Origin: Patescibacteria group bacterium
GTDB taxonomy: Bacteria; Patescibacteriota; Patescibacteriia; JAXHNJ01
Direction: 5' to 3'
DNA: 64,000 bases
Assembly (NCBI GenBank): GCA_034520665.1
Contig: JAXHNJ010000001.1
Location: 66,579 to 130,578, forward strand
Positions 20,225-29,877 of the stretch are shown here, piece by piece (position 1 is the first letter of the stretch; each line of letters starts with the position of its first letter). Under the pieces are notes generated by a model that was given only the letters and a program-made list of their open reading frames with translations, ran no database searches and was not told the origin of the DNA. A program made the position numbers and the translations under genes.

Positions 20225-20611
20225 ATGAGAAAACTTAAAGATAAAAAGTTAAAAAGAAAAAAAAGAAAGATAAGAATAAGATCTAAAATTTTTGGCACGG
20301 CTAAGAAGCCCAGACTAAATGTTTATAAAAGTAATAAGCATATTTATGCTCAGCTTATTGATGATAAAAAAAATAAAACAATAGTTTCGGTTTCCGATAT
20401 GAATACAGACAAAGCTAAAATTTCTAAAGAAAAAAAAGAAAAGGAAGAAAATTCTGGTCAGAAAGCAGCTTTTTTGGTAGGACAAAAAATTGGCCAAAAA
20501 GCTCTTAAAAAAAATATCAAAAATGTGGTATTTGATCGAGGCGGTTTTAAATACCACGGCCAAGTAAAATCTTTAGCTGAAGGGGCCCGGAAGGCCGGAT
20601 TAATTTTTTAA
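20225..20611 (+). CDS. rplR: 50S ribosomal protein L18
   Basis: [19 protein letters not shown]...[11 protein letters not shown]. Confidence 0.93.
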   Translation: MRKLKDKKLKRKKRKIRIRSKIFGTAKKPRLNVYKSNKHIYAQLIDDKKNKTIVSVSDMNTDKAKISKEKKEKEENSGQKAAFLVGQKIGQKALKKNIKNVVFDRGGFKYHGQVKSLAEGARKAGLIF

Positions 20612-20620
20612 ATAAATATT

Positions 20621-21178
20621 ATGAAAAAAAGATTTAAAAAGCATAGAGATAAAAATTTTAAAAAGCGAGAATATGAACAAAATGTTATTGAAATTGCTCG
20701 TATTTCCCGCGTAGTGGCTGGTGGCCGAAGAATGCGTTTTCGCGCCTGCATGGTTATTGGTGATATGAAGGGTAAAATCGGTCTCGGCGTAAAAAAAGGA
20801 GCTGATGTAGCCACGGCTATTAATAAGGCGGTTAATGCGGCCAAGAAAGAAATGATAAAAGTAAAAACTATTGACGAGACTATTCCTCATGAAATGCGGG
20901 TAAAATATAAATCAGCTAAGGTTTTAATAAAACCAGCTCCTAAGGGTACTGGTATTATTGCTGGCGGAGCTGTTAGGGCTGCTTTAGAATTAACTGGTAT
21001 TAAAAATATTGTAGCAAAAATGATCGGTTCAAAAAATAAGATTAACAACGTTAAAGCCTTAATAAAGGCTTTAAAAGAATTAAAAGAACCCAGAAAAGAA
21101 AAAAATACCAAGAAAAAAGAAAAGGAATCTAAAAAAGAGTCTCCAGAAAAAAATGATAAAGATAGGATTAAAAAATAA
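20621..21178 (+). CDS. rpsE: 30S ribosomal protein S5 (lysine-rich C-terminus)
   Basis: IARISRVVAGGRRMRF...GTGIIAGGAVRA. Confidence 0.95.
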   Translation: MKKRFKKHRDKNFKKREYEQNVIEIARISRVVAGGRRMRFRACMVIGDMKGKIGLGVKKGADVATAINKAVNAAKKEMIKVKTIDETIPHEMRVKYKSAKVLIKPAPKGTGIIAGGAVRAALELTGIKNIVAKMIGSKNKINNVKALIKALKELKEPRKEKNTKKKEKESKKESPEKNDKDRIKK

Positions 21179-21621
21179 TGGAAATTACTTTAGATAATTT
21201 AAAAAATCCCAATAAAAAGAAAAAAAGAAGAAAGGGTCGCGGCGATTCCTCTGGCCGTGGTACTTATTCCGGGCGTGGACAAAAGGGACAGAAATCAAGA
21301 TCAGGTGGGCAAAAAGGTCTTCGTTGGCTTGGTTTAAGACAAACCTTAAAAAGAATACCTAAAAAGAGAGGATTTAAAAGTTTTTATCCAAAAATGTCAG
21401 TTATTAATATTGGTGATTTAGATAAGCATTTTGATGATGGAGAAATAATCAATCAAAAGAAATTACTAAAAATGGATTTGGTTAATTATTCCCCACGAGG
21501 TTTAAAAGTTCTTGGTCAGGGTAAAATAAATAAAAAATTGATTGTTAAGGCCAAAGCCTTTTCTAAATCGGCTAAAGAAGCTATAGTTAAGGCAGGCGGT
21601 CAAGCGGAAGAAATAAAATAA
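21178..21621 (+). CDS. rplO: 50S ribosomal protein L15
   Basis: GRGTYSGRGQKGQKSRSG. It directly follows rpsE, with no rpmD between. Confidence 0.93.
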   Translation: MEITLDNLKNPNKKKKRRKGRGDSSGRGTYSGRGQKGQKSRSGGQKGLRWLGLRQTLKRIPKKRGFKSFYPKMSVINIGDLDKHFDDGEIINQKKLLKMDLVNYSPRGLKVLGQGKINKKLIVKAKAFSKSAKEAIVKAGGQAEEIK

Positions 21622-21629
21622 TATAATAT

Positions 21630-22901
21630 ATGCTGGAAAAATTATCGCAAATTTGGCGGGTTAAAGAAATAAGAAATAAAATATTATATGTTTTATTCAT
21701 TCTTTTAATATTCAGACTCGCGGCTCATATTCCTATTCCGGGAGTAGATATTGAAGGTTTGAAATCATTTTTTGAGTCAAATCAGCTTTTGGGTCTGGCT
21801 AATCTTTTCTCTGGCGGAGCCATGAGTAACTTTTCTGTAGTTATGCTCGGTATTGCTCCTTATATTACTTCATCTATTATTTTTCAGCTTTTGACCGTTA
21901 TTGTGCCTCGTTTGGCCGAGTTGCAAAAAGAAGAATCAGGTCGGCAAAAAATTAATCAATGGCAGAGAATGTTAACGGTGCCCCTAGCTATTGTCCAGTC
22001 TTATGCCACTATTCATATTCTTAAACAGCAAGGACAGGGCATAATTACCGGTTTGGATGGATTTAATTTAGTAGTAGCTATTGTTACTATTACCGCTGGC
22101 AGTTTGTTTTTGATGTGGTTAGGTGAGCTTATTTCCGAAAAGAAAATTGGCAATGGTATTTCCCTATTAATTTTTGCCGGTATTATTGCTCGTTTTCCTC
22201 AGCAAATAAGCCAGACCATTGTTACTTTTACAGCGGCCAATGTTATTAATCTGATGGTCTTAGTCTTTATTGGTTTAGTTACTATTGCTGGGGTGGTTTA
22301 TATTACTCAGGGTCAGAGAAACATTCCGGTTTCCTATGCCCGACGTATCCGAGGCAATAAAATGTATGGTGGAGTTAATACGCATCTGCCTTTACGAGTT
22401 AACCAGGCCGGAGTTATTCCTATTATTTTTGCTCTTTCTTTTGTTTTGATACCACCTTTGATAGCTCAGTTTTTTGTTGAAAGCGGTAATTACTGGGTGG
22501 CTACTATTGCTGAATGGGTAGTTATTAATTTTAAAGGGGGACTAGTTTATGGCGTTTTATATTTTACTTTTGTTGTAGCTTTTACTTATTTTTATACCAC
22601 GGTAGTTTTTCATCCTGATCAGATAGCTGACAATTTACAGAAACAAGGGGGTTTTATACCCGGTATCAGACCTGGTCGTAATACAGCCGAATTTTTAAAT
22701 TATGTTTCTAATCGCATTATTTTAGGTGGCGCTCTTTTCCTCGGTGTTATTGCTGTTTTACCGACTATTTTACAATCAGCTACTAATATTAGCACTTTAA
22801 CTATTGGCGGCACCAGTCTTTTGATTATTGTTTCGGTGGTTATACAAACAGTTAAACAAATAGAGTCCCAGCTGGTTATGCGTGATTATGAAGGTTTTTA
22901 G
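21630..22901 (+). CDS. secY: preprotein translocase subunit SecY
   Basis: 423-aa 10-TM protein in canonical operon position. Contains GIAPYITSSIIFQLL. Confidence 0.95.
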   Translation: MLEKLSQIWRVKEIRNKILYVLFILLIFRLAAHIPIPGVDIEGLKSFFESNQLLGLANLFSGGAMSNFSVVMLGIAPYITSSIIFQLLTVIVPRLAELQKEESGRQKINQWQRMLTVPLAIVQSYATIHILKQQGQGIITGLDGFNLVVAIVTITAGSLFLMWLGELISEKKIGNGISLLIFAGIIARFPQQISQTIVTFTAANVINLMVLVFIGLVTIAGVVYITQGQRNIPVSYARRIRGNKMYGGVNTHLPLRVNQAGVIPIIFALSFVLIPPLIAQFFVESGNYWVATIAEWVVINFKGGLVYGVLYFTFVVAFTYFYTTVVFHPDQIADNLQKQGGFIPGIRPGRNTAEFLNYVSNRIILGGALFLGVIAVLPTILQSATNISTLTIGGTSLLIIVSVVIQTVKQIESQLVMRDYEGF

Positions 22902-22961
22902 TTTGAAAATCAATTTTTGAGGAGTGATTATTAAATGTATATGAGAAAAAAATAAGGCATA

Positions 22962-22987
22962 AAGCGGGCCTAATCTCCGCTTTTTTA
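22962..22987 (+). terminator. rho-independent terminator after secY
   Basis: AAGCGG-loop-CCGCTT followed by a T-run. Confidence 0.6.
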
Positions 22988-23015
22988 AATTTATAAATAT
23001 TGTTATAATAAAGCT

Positions 23016-23669
23016 ATGAAGAAGAAAGTAAAAAAAATAATCGTGCTAGGGCCTCAGGGTTCAGGTAAAGATACTCAGTCAGAAAAGCTTTCAAAGGAAT
23101 TAAAGATCCCTTTTTTTGGTATGGGAGATATTTTTCGACAGGAGTTAAAGAATAAAACTAAAATAGGTAAAAAAGTAGCTGATTTAATTAATAAGGGCCA
23201 ATTAGTGCCTGATAAAATTGCTTTGGAGTTATTAAAAAAAAGACTGGCCAAAAAAAAGGCCCAAAAAGGTTTTATTTTAAACGGTTTTCCCAGAAATATT
23301 AATCAGGCCAAAATGCTAGAAAAGGTAGTAATTATTGATTTGGTTATGGAAATATATATTTCAGATAAAGAAGGAATTCACCGTCTTTCCGGACGTCGAG
23401 TTTGTCCAGTTTGCGGAGCTACTTTTCATATCAAGTATAAACCGCCAAAAGAAGAAAATATTTGTGATTATTGCGGGGCTGAGCTTATAGTCAGAGAAGA
23501 TGATAAAGAGCAAGCCATTAAAAAAAGATTAAAAATTTATCACCAAAGAACAGAGCCGGTATTTGATTATTACCGCCAAAAGGGTCTTTATCTTAAAATT
23601 AATGGTGAACAAACAATTAATAATGTTTTTAAAGAAATTATAAATAAATTAAAAAAAATAATAGAATAA
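23016..23669 (+). CDS. adk: adenylate kinase
   Basis: GPQGSGKDTQ P-loop. Zinc-binding lid CPVCG...CDYCG. Confidence 0.95.
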   Translation: MKKKVKKIIVLGPQGSGKDTQSEKLSKELKIPFFGMGDIFRQELKNKTKIGKKVADLINKGQLVPDKIALELLKKRLAKKKAQKGFILNGFPRNINQAKMLEKVVIIDLVMEIYISDKEGIHRLSGRRVCPVCGATFHIKYKPPKEENICDYCGAELIVREDDKEQAIKKRLKIYHQRTEPVFDYYRQKGLYLKINGEQTINNVFKEIINKLKKIIE

Positions 23670-23671
23670 AA

Positions 23672-24418
23672 ATGGTTATTATAAAAACAACTAAAGAAAT
23701 CGAAATAATAAGAGAGGGCGGAAAAATTTTAGCAGAAGTGATAAATACTTTAGTTAAAAAATCAAAACCTGGAATTTCCACTTTAGAATTGGATAAAATA
23801 GCTGATAAATTAATGCATGAAAAAGGCGGTCAGCCTTCTTTTAAAGGCTATCAGGGTTTTCCGGCTGCTATTTGTGCCTCTCTTAATGATGAAGTAGTTC
23901 ATGGTATACCCTCCGAGGATAAAATTTTAAAAGAGGGTGATATTTTTAGTATTGATGCTGGAATGCAATACAAAGGTCTTTATACTGATATGTCCCGTAC
24001 TATTAATATTGGCCGAACTTCAAAAAAAGCCAAAAGATTAGTTAATACGACCAAAAAAGCTTTAGAGCTGGGACTAAGACAAATTAGAGCCGGAAATCAG
24101 ATTGGGGACATTTCTTTTGCTATTCAAGATTATGCTGAGTCAAATGGCTTTGGGGTAGTTAGAAGTTTAGTCGGCCATGGAGTGGGTAAAAAAGTGCATG
24201 AAGAGCCAAAAATTCCTAATTATGGAGAAAAAGCCACCGGTCCTATTTTGGAAGAGGGTATGGTTCTGGCTATTGAGCCGATGCTAACAGCTGGAAATTA
24301 TGAAGTGAGTATTGATGAGGATGGATGGACAGCCCGCACAAAAGATGGCTTATTATCGGCTCATTTTGAAGACACAGTGGCTGTTACTAAAAATGGTTAC
24401 TCACTATTAACAAAATAA
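23672..24418 (+). CDS. map: methionine aminopeptidase type I
   Basis: VVHGIP...IDAGMQY...VGHGVGKKVHEEP. Confidence 0.95.
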   Translation: MVIIKTTKEIEIIREGGKILAEVINTLVKKSKPGISTLELDKIADKLMHEKGGQPSFKGYQGFPAAICASLNDEVVHGIPSEDKILKEGDIFSIDAGMQYKGLYTDMSRTINIGRTSKKAKRLVNTTKKALELGLRQIRAGNQIGDISFAIQDYAESNGFGVVRSLVGHGVGKKVHEEPKIPNYGEKATGPILEEGMVLAIEPMLTAGNYEVSIDEDGWTARTKDGLLSAHFEDTVAVTKNGYSLLTK

Positions 24419-24421
24419 CCT

Positions 24422-24841
24422 ATGTCTAAACTTCTTGGTATTGATTATGGTAAAAAAAGAATTGGCCTGGCAGTCTCGGATGAAGAAGAAAAATTTTCTT
24501 TTGCCCGGGAGACCCTAGAGAACAAATCTAAAATTAATATTTTCGATGAATTACAAAAATATTGTATTGAAGAAGAAATAAAAAAAATTATTATTGGTTT
24601 GCCTTTAAATATGAAAGGACAGGCCAGTGAATGGACTGAAGAAGTAAAGAAATTTAAAAAAAATTTAGAAAATAAATTAAATATACCTTGCCAGTTTCAA
24701 GACGAAAGAATGACTTCTCGTTTGAGTCATAATCTTTTTCAGAATAAAAAAGTAAGCCAAAAAGTTTCTAAAAATAAAATTAATGAACAATCAGCCCGAA
24801 TAATTCTACAGGATTATATTGATCGTCAAAGCTTAAAATAA
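24422..24841 (+). CDS. ruvX: Holliday junction resolvase-like protein RuvX/YqgF
   Basis: MSKLLGIDYGKKRIGLAVSDEE. Confidence 0.8.
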   Translation: MSKLLGIDYGKKRIGLAVSDEEEKFSFARETLENKSKINIFDELQKYCIEEEIKKIIIGLPLNMKGQASEWTEEVKKFKKNLENKLNIPCQFQDERMTSRLSHNLFQNKKVSQKVSKNKINEQSARIILQDYIDRQSLK

Positions 24842-24842
24842 T

Positions 24843-25934
24843 ATGAATTATTATAATTACATTTTTTCTTTTTTATTAGCTTTTATTTTTTCTGTAATTT
24901 TCACTTATTTTATAAAAAAAATAGCTAAAGGCAAGAAAATTATTGACAGACCCCAAGAGGCTCCCGAAAGAAAAGTTCAAAAAAAACCAATCCCACTTCT
25001 TGGTGGTTTGGCTATTTTTTTCTCTTTTTTTCTAACTATTTTATTTTTTAAAAATTTAATTATCACTGAGAATATTCAGCCTAAGTATATTTGGGGGTTA
25101 TTAGCGGCTTCTGGCCTGATAATGCTAGGCGGTTATTTGGACGATAAATACTCGCTTAAAGCTAAATATCAAATAATTTGGCCTATTTTAGCTATTTTAG
25201 TGGTTATTGCCTCGGGTATTGGTGTTACCTATATTTCTAACCCTTTAGGGGGTTTTTTATGGTTAGACACTATTAATGTCGATTTTATAAAAATAGGCCA
25301 GACAGTTTATCAATTTACACTGCTAGCTGATATTTTTTCTTTTGTCTGGCTTTTAGGTATGATGTATACCACCAAATTTTTAGATGGCTTGGACGGGCTT
25401 TTGTCAGGGGTAACAGTTATTGGTTCGGTTATTATTTTTATCCTTAGTTTAAGTAAAGATGTTTCCCAGCCGGGCACGGCCATGATCTGTGCCATATTGG
25501 CTGGCAGTGCTCTCGGTTTTCTTATTTTCAATTGGCATCCAGCTAAAGTATTTTTAGGCGAGGGAGGTAGTTTATTTTGTGGATTTATGTTAGGAATTTT
25601 AGCTATTATTTCCGGCGGTAAAATAGCTACAGCCTTATTAATTATGGGCCTACCTATTTTAGATGTTATCTGGGTTATTATAAGGCGGCTGCTTTTTAAA
25701 AAAGGTAAAATTTTCTCAGCTGATAAAAAGCATTTACATTTTAGACTTTTAGATGTTGGTTTTTCTCATCAGGGAGCGGTTATCTTTCTTTATTTTTTAA
25801 CCCTTGTTTTTGGTTCTACCACTTTATTTTTTAGAGGCTTTTCTAAGTTAATAAGTCTAGTAGTTTTGGTTTTTTTTATGCTTATTTTAGGCTTGGTTTT
25901 GGTATTTGTTTATAGAAAAAGAAGATTTTCCTAA
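24843..25934 (+). CDS. polyprenyl-phosphate sugar-1-phosphate transferase (MraY/WecA family, GT4)
   Basis: 363-aa polytopic membrane protein with DDKYSLKAKYQ and FLGEGGSLFCGF motifs. Confidence 0.65.
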   Translation: MNYYNYIFSFLLAFIFSVIFTYFIKKIAKGKKIIDRPQEAPERKVQKKPIPLLGGLAIFFSFFLTILFFKNLIITENIQPKYIWGLLAASGLIMLGGYLDDKYSLKAKYQIIWPILAILVVIASGIGVTYISNPLGGFLWLDTINVDFIKIGQTVYQFTLLADIFSFVWLLGMMYTTKFLDGLDGLLSGVTVIGSVIIFILSLSKDVSQPGTAMICAILAGSALGFLIFNWHPAKVFLGEGGSLFCGFMLGILAIISGGKIATALLIMGLPILDVIWVIIRRLLFKKGKIFSADKKHLHFRLLDVGFSHQGAVIFLYFLTLVFGSTTLFFRGFSKLISLVVLVFFMLILGLVLVFVYRKRRFS

Positions 25935-25963
25935 CTTAGGCGTATATAAAATAATAATATTAT

Positions 25964-26467
25964 ATGAAAATAAGTATATTAATAATAGTAGCTATTTTTT
26001 TTGGAGTTTTATTCTGGTCTATAGCCAGCGAAGATTTAAGCCAGGATATCACTTTTTATTATAAAAAACTACTGGGCCAAACTACTACCATAGAAATAAA
26101 TAACAGTAAATTTGAGGTAGAAATAGCTCGCTCTTCTTCAGAAAAAAGAAAAGGTCTTTCCAAAAGGGATGACCTCAAAGAAAAACGAGGTATGATTTTT
26201 CTAAATAATAAAGAAGATTTATATTCCTTTTGGATGAAGGATGTTAAATTTCCTTTGGATATAATCTGGATAAAAGACGATAAGATTATTGGTCTTGAAA
26301 AAAATGTGCCAATAGAAACTGATAAGGATTATAAAAAATATATACCGCCTCAGCCAGTGGATAAAATTCTTGAACTAAAGGGGGGAGTTAGCCAAAAATA
26401 TAATATAAAAGTAGGGGATAAAGTAAATTTTTCTAAAAATTTATGGGGGCTTGACGTTTTACCGTAA
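25964..26467 (+). CDS. DUF192 family protein
   Basis: N-terminal TM, core GMIFLNNKED...WMKDVKFPLDIIWI typical of DUF192/COG1430. Confidence 0.5.
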   Translation: MKISILIIVAIFFGVLFWSIASEDLSQDITFYYKKLLGQTTTIEINNSKFEVEIARSSSEKRKGLSKRDDLKEKRGMIFLNNKEDLYSFWMKDVKFPLDIIWIKDDKIIGLEKNVPIETDKDYKKYIPPQPVDKILELKGGVSQKYNIKVGDKVNFSKNLWGLDVLP

Positions 26468-26511
26468 TTAATGTATTATGTAAATTAATAAATTAATGTT
26501 TTTAAAATATT

Positions 26512-26820
26512 ATGTTAGCCATTATTAAAACCGGAGGTAAGCAATATAAAGTAAAAAAAGGTGATAAGATCCGGGTAGAAAAATTGAATAAGAAAGAAGG
26601 AGCTGAAGTAACTTTTTCCGATGTTTTACTTACCGGCGACAATAAAAAAATTAATCTTGGACAGCCAAAAGTAAAATCAAGCAAAGTCAAAGCTAAAGTT
26701 TTAAAGAACGGCAAAGCCAAAAAGATTGATGTTATTAAGTATAAAAATAAGATCCGTTATCGAAAAAAAATCGGACATCGCCAATTTTTTACTGAAGTTG
26801 AGATATTATCGATTAATTAA
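26512..26820 (+). CDS. rplU: 50S ribosomal protein L21
   Basis: MLAIIKTGGKQYKVKKGDKIRVEKL. Confidence 0.92.
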   Translation: MLAIIKTGGKQYKVKKGDKIRVEKLNKKEGAEVTFSDVLLTGDNKKINLGQPKVKSSKVKAKVLKNGKAKKIDVIKYKNKIRYRKKIGHRQFFTEVEILSIN

Positions 26821-26836
26821 AAGTTATCTATAAATA

Positions 26837-26871
26837 AAAAAGATGTTTTTTGATTCAAAGCATCTTTTTTT
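26837..26871 (+). terminator. terminator candidate after rplU
   Basis: AAAAGATG...CATCTTTT stem with T-run. The loop is large. Confidence 0.45.
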
Positions 26872-27274
26872 GTAATAAAAAAGCACCCAAATTTATAAAT
26901 GGGGGCCATAATAATTTAAAATAAAAATCTTTTTAACTCCCTTCTTTATTCCTTTTGATTATATTTTCAGAGGTTTCTTTTAATTGTTTTCATAAAAACT
27001 AGCATTAATTTATGTTTAATAACCCCTTTTGCGGAGATAAATTTCCGCTTACGCGACGGGTGGAAAAAAGTGTTTCCTTCTATGGGATTTGACCGAATAA
27101 ATAACGTCGGTTTTTCTAATCTGTGCTTCTTGGTTATTTTAATTTTAATATTCAAGGTTAAAGCAAAAATTTTGACTTACCTTTAATAAGTAGAACAGGT
27201 TAAGCTTGTTCTGCTAACTGCATCAACAGGTGGGCTGGGAACTTGGTCTAGTCAATTTTTAGTTTATAAATCTT

Positions 27275-27874
27275 TTAAACTTTTTTACGGTCATTTAAAG
27301 CGTTAGACAGGGTAATTTCGTCAGCATATTCCAATTCAGAACCCATAGCCAGCCCGCGGCCTAGCTGAGTAATTTTTAGATTAAAAGGGGATAGCAATTT
27401 TTTAATATGCAGAGAGGTGGATTCACCTTCTATGTCAGGATTAAGGGCCAGAATAATTTCATTTATATTATTTTTCTCAACCCTTTTAAGTAATTCATTT
27501 ATTTTTAATTTTTGGGGGGTAATACCTTCGGGTGGGTTTAGAGTACCATGTAGTACATGGTAAGTACCTTGATATTGACTAGTTTTTTCAATGGCTAAAA
27601 CATCCTGTGGCTGAGCCACAATACAAATAATATTTTTATCCCGGGCTGAAGAAACGCAAATAGGGCAAGGGTCTTCTTTTGAAAAATTCTGACAAACTGA
27701 ACATTGTTTAATTTCTGTTTTTATATTTTCAATAGCCAGCCCTAAATTCTTTAATTCATGCGGAGGTTGTTTTAATAAATAAAAAACAAAGCGCTCGGCT
27801 GATTTACGGCCAATACCAGGGAGTTTATTAAACTCAGTGATTAAGTTTTCAATAGCCTCGGGATATTTTGACAT
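27275..27874 (-). CDS. recR: recombination protein RecR
   Basis: HhH (PGIGRKSAER), C4 zinc finger CSVCQN...CPIC, Toprim. Confidence 0.95.
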   Translation of the reverse strand: MSKYPEAIENLITEFNKLPGIGRKSAERFVFYLLKQPPHELKNLGLAIENIKTEIKQCSVCQNFSKEDPCPICVSSARDKNIICIVAQPQDVLAIEKTSQYQGTYHVLHGTLNPPEGITPQKLKINELLKRVEKNNINEIILALNPDIEGESTSLHIKKLLSPFNLKITQLGRGLAMGSELEYADEITLSNALNDRKKV

Positions 27875-27883
27875 GGATTTTTT

Positions 27884-28186
27884 TTACATCCCTGGCAGAT
27901 TCATGCCCTCTAAACCTCCCAGACCCTGCATTTTTCGGGCCGCAGCCATTTGTGATTTTTTAATAGCGTCAGCCAGACAAGCTTTTATACCTTTTTCTAA
28001 GTCTTCTTTTTTATCCGGGTTTAGCATCTCAGGGCTAATATCAACACTTAAGATTTTTTGATTACCATCCATGACCATATTTATTTTATCTTTCCAGTCA
28101 GCCTTAACCGTTTCTTCGGCCAATTGCTCTTTAAGTTGTTTAGCCTGATCTCTTAAATTTTTGAATTGTTTAATTTTATTAAACAT
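27884..28186 (-). CDS. ybaB: nucleoid-associated protein YbaB/EbfC
   Basis: 100 aa, QMAAARKMQ...GLGGLEGMNLPGM, upstream of recR. Confidence 0.85.
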   Translation of the reverse strand: MFNKIKQFKNLRDQAKQLKEQLAEETVKADWKDKINMVMDGNQKILSVDISPEMLNPDKKEDLEKGIKACLADAIKKSQMAAARKMQGLGGLEGMNLPGM

Positions 28187-28242
28187 AAAATATTAAAAAA
28201 TTAATTATTAAGACTTTAGTATTATACCATAAATTGGTTATA

Positions 28243-28268
28243 AAAAAAAGAGATTATTTTATCTCTTA
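28243..28268 (-). terminator. terminator candidate after dnaB
   Basis: AAGAGAT-TATTTT-ATCTCTT hairpin followed by a T-run on the minus strand. Confidence 0.5.
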
Positions 28269-28320
28269 TAATTTAAAAACATTTTCTAACAGTTTCAACA
28301 GTTTGAATAATTATAACATA

Positions 28321-29703
28321 TTAGAATGGTTCTTCCTCCAGTTTTCTTTCTAAATTTTTGAAGCAAACTTTAGTTTCATCAAAGAAAAGCTCAATTTGAC
28401 CAGTCGGACCGTTACGGTGCTTGGAAATTAAAATATCAGCAATACCTTTACGATCAGTGTCTTTTTTGTAGACTTCTTCTCGGTAAATAAAGAGAACCAC
28501 GTCGGCATCCTGCTCAATAGAACCTGATTCACGCAAGTCAGACAGTTTAGGAATAGGCGGGGTTCTTTGTTCAGTAGCCCGCGAAAGCTGTGAAAGAACC
28601 AAAACAGGGATATTCAGCTCTTTAGCAATACCTTTTAATCCTCTAGTAATTTCGGCAATTTGCTGGACTCGACTTTCAGCCTTGGCTCGACCTTCCATCA
28701 ACTGCAGATAATCAACAATAATTAAACCCAAGCCGTGCTCGGCTTGTAGACGCCTGGCTTTAGTCCTTATTTCCATAACTGAAGTAATTGAAGAATCGTC
28801 AATAAATATCGGAGCCTCAGATAAAACACCCATAGCATGACCAATTCTGGGAAAATCATCTTCTTCATCACTTTCTGAAAGTTTGCCAGTCCTCATTTTC
28901 CACAAGTCAACACTGGCTTCAGCACAAAGCATACGGTCAACCAGCTGTTCTTTTGACATTTCCAGGGAAAAGAAACCAACTGGCACTTTTACTTTAATAG
29001 CGGCCTGGCGAGCCATATCCAGGGCTAGTGAGGTTTTGCCTAGCGAAGGTCGGGCCGCTAAGACAACTAAATCACTTTTTTGCAAGCCAGCTAACATATT
29101 ATCAAGGTCAGAAAAACCAGTGGCTATACCTCGAAGTTTACCTTTTTCTTTATGCAATTCATCAATACGGTCAAAGGCTTCGGTGAGCACATTTTTAATG
29201 GGTACAAAAAGTTCCCGCATGTGTTTTTGCGAGACCTGAAAAATGGCTTGCTCAGCCTGGTCTAAAACCTCTTGAACATCATCAGTCTCTTGATAACCCA
29301 GACGGGCAATTTCTGAAGAAACGCCGATTAATCGTCTTAAAGTAGCTTTTTTCTGGACGATATTGGCGTAGTTAACAATATTAGAAGCCGTTGGTACTTG
29401 ATTAGTTAGGTCAGCCAAATAACTTTGTCCGCCAATGGCTTTAAACTGCTTTTTTTCTTTTAATTTATTGGATAAGGAGAGTAAGTCAATCGGCTCGCGT
29501 TTTTCATAAATTTCTAATATAGCTTCAAAAATAATTTTATGTTTTTCCTGATAAAAATCTCCTGGCTTGATAATATCAGCAATTTTAACAATGGCGTCTT
29601 TATCAATCAAAAGAGAACCTAAAACAGATCTTTCCGCCTCAATATTCTGAGGCGGTATTTTGCCAATCCGGGTCATATCATCGGATTTTTTTTGTTTGGC
29701 CAT
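28321..29703 (-). CDS. dnaB: replicative DNA helicase DnaB
   Basis: 460 aa with Walker A GARPSLGKTSLAL, IIVDYLQLM and SQLSRATEQR. Confidence 0.95.
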   Translation of the reverse strand: MAKQKKSDDMTRIGKIPPQNIEAERSVLGSLLIDKDAIVKIADIIKPGDFYQEKHKIIFEAILEIYEKREPIDLLSLSNKLKEKKQFKAIGGQSYLADLTNQVPTASNIVNYANIVQKKATLRRLIGVSSEIARLGYQETDDVQEVLDQAEQAIFQVSQKHMRELFVPIKNVLTEAFDRIDELHKEKGKLRGIATGFSDLDNMLAGLQKSDLVVLAARPSLGKTSLALDMARQAAIKVKVPVGFFSLEMSKEQLVDRMLCAEASVDLWKMRTGKLSESDEEDDFPRIGHAMGVLSEAPIFIDDSSITSVMEIRTKARRLQAEHGLGLIIVDYLQLMEGRAKAESRVQQIAEITRGLKGIAKELNIPVLVLSQLSRATEQRTPPIPKLSDLRESGSIEQDADVVLFIYREEVYKKDTDRKGIADILISKHRNGPTGQIELFFDETKVCFKNLERKLEEEPF

Positions 29704-29877
29704 AAAATTATCTATAAATTAAGTATAATTTATCTTATCAAATACTACTTATATAAACAAGCAGTGATTTCAACAGGATTTTACCCAGCTTTATACACAA
29801 ACAAAAAATATTAATAGATTTGATTTTTTTCTTATTTTATGATATAATATAAAAGGAATAAAATTAATATTATAATT

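Noticed and set aside
15279-21111. Short overlapping ORFs within the ribosomal cluster (15279-15485, 15523-15705, 15620-15850, 15764-15967, 16737-16928, 17127-17366, 18497-18826, 19218-19463, 20315-20563, 20600-20890, 20608-20844, 20887-21111)
   Set aside because: Shadow frames of r-protein genes. Lys/Phe-rich because of AT bias.
26967-27155. ORF 26967-27155 minus (62 aa)
   Set aside because: Low-complexity K/I-rich, sits in a convergent terminator gap, no RBS.
26880-27270. tmRNA / RNase P RNA / SRP RNA / rpmA in the rplU-recR gap and the GC-rich 62280-62640 block
   Set aside because: No GGGG...TTCGA-type tmRNA ends, no GGAAAGTCCGGGC or ACAGAANCCGGCTTA RNase P boxes, no GGAA-tetraloop/AGCAG SRP domain IV. 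Only partial resemblances. Not called.
29791-29799. TTATACACA DnaA-box-like 9-mer in the dnaB upstream region
   Set aside because: Single occurrence with no cluster of boxes and no dnaA nearby. Expected by chance in AT-rich DNA.
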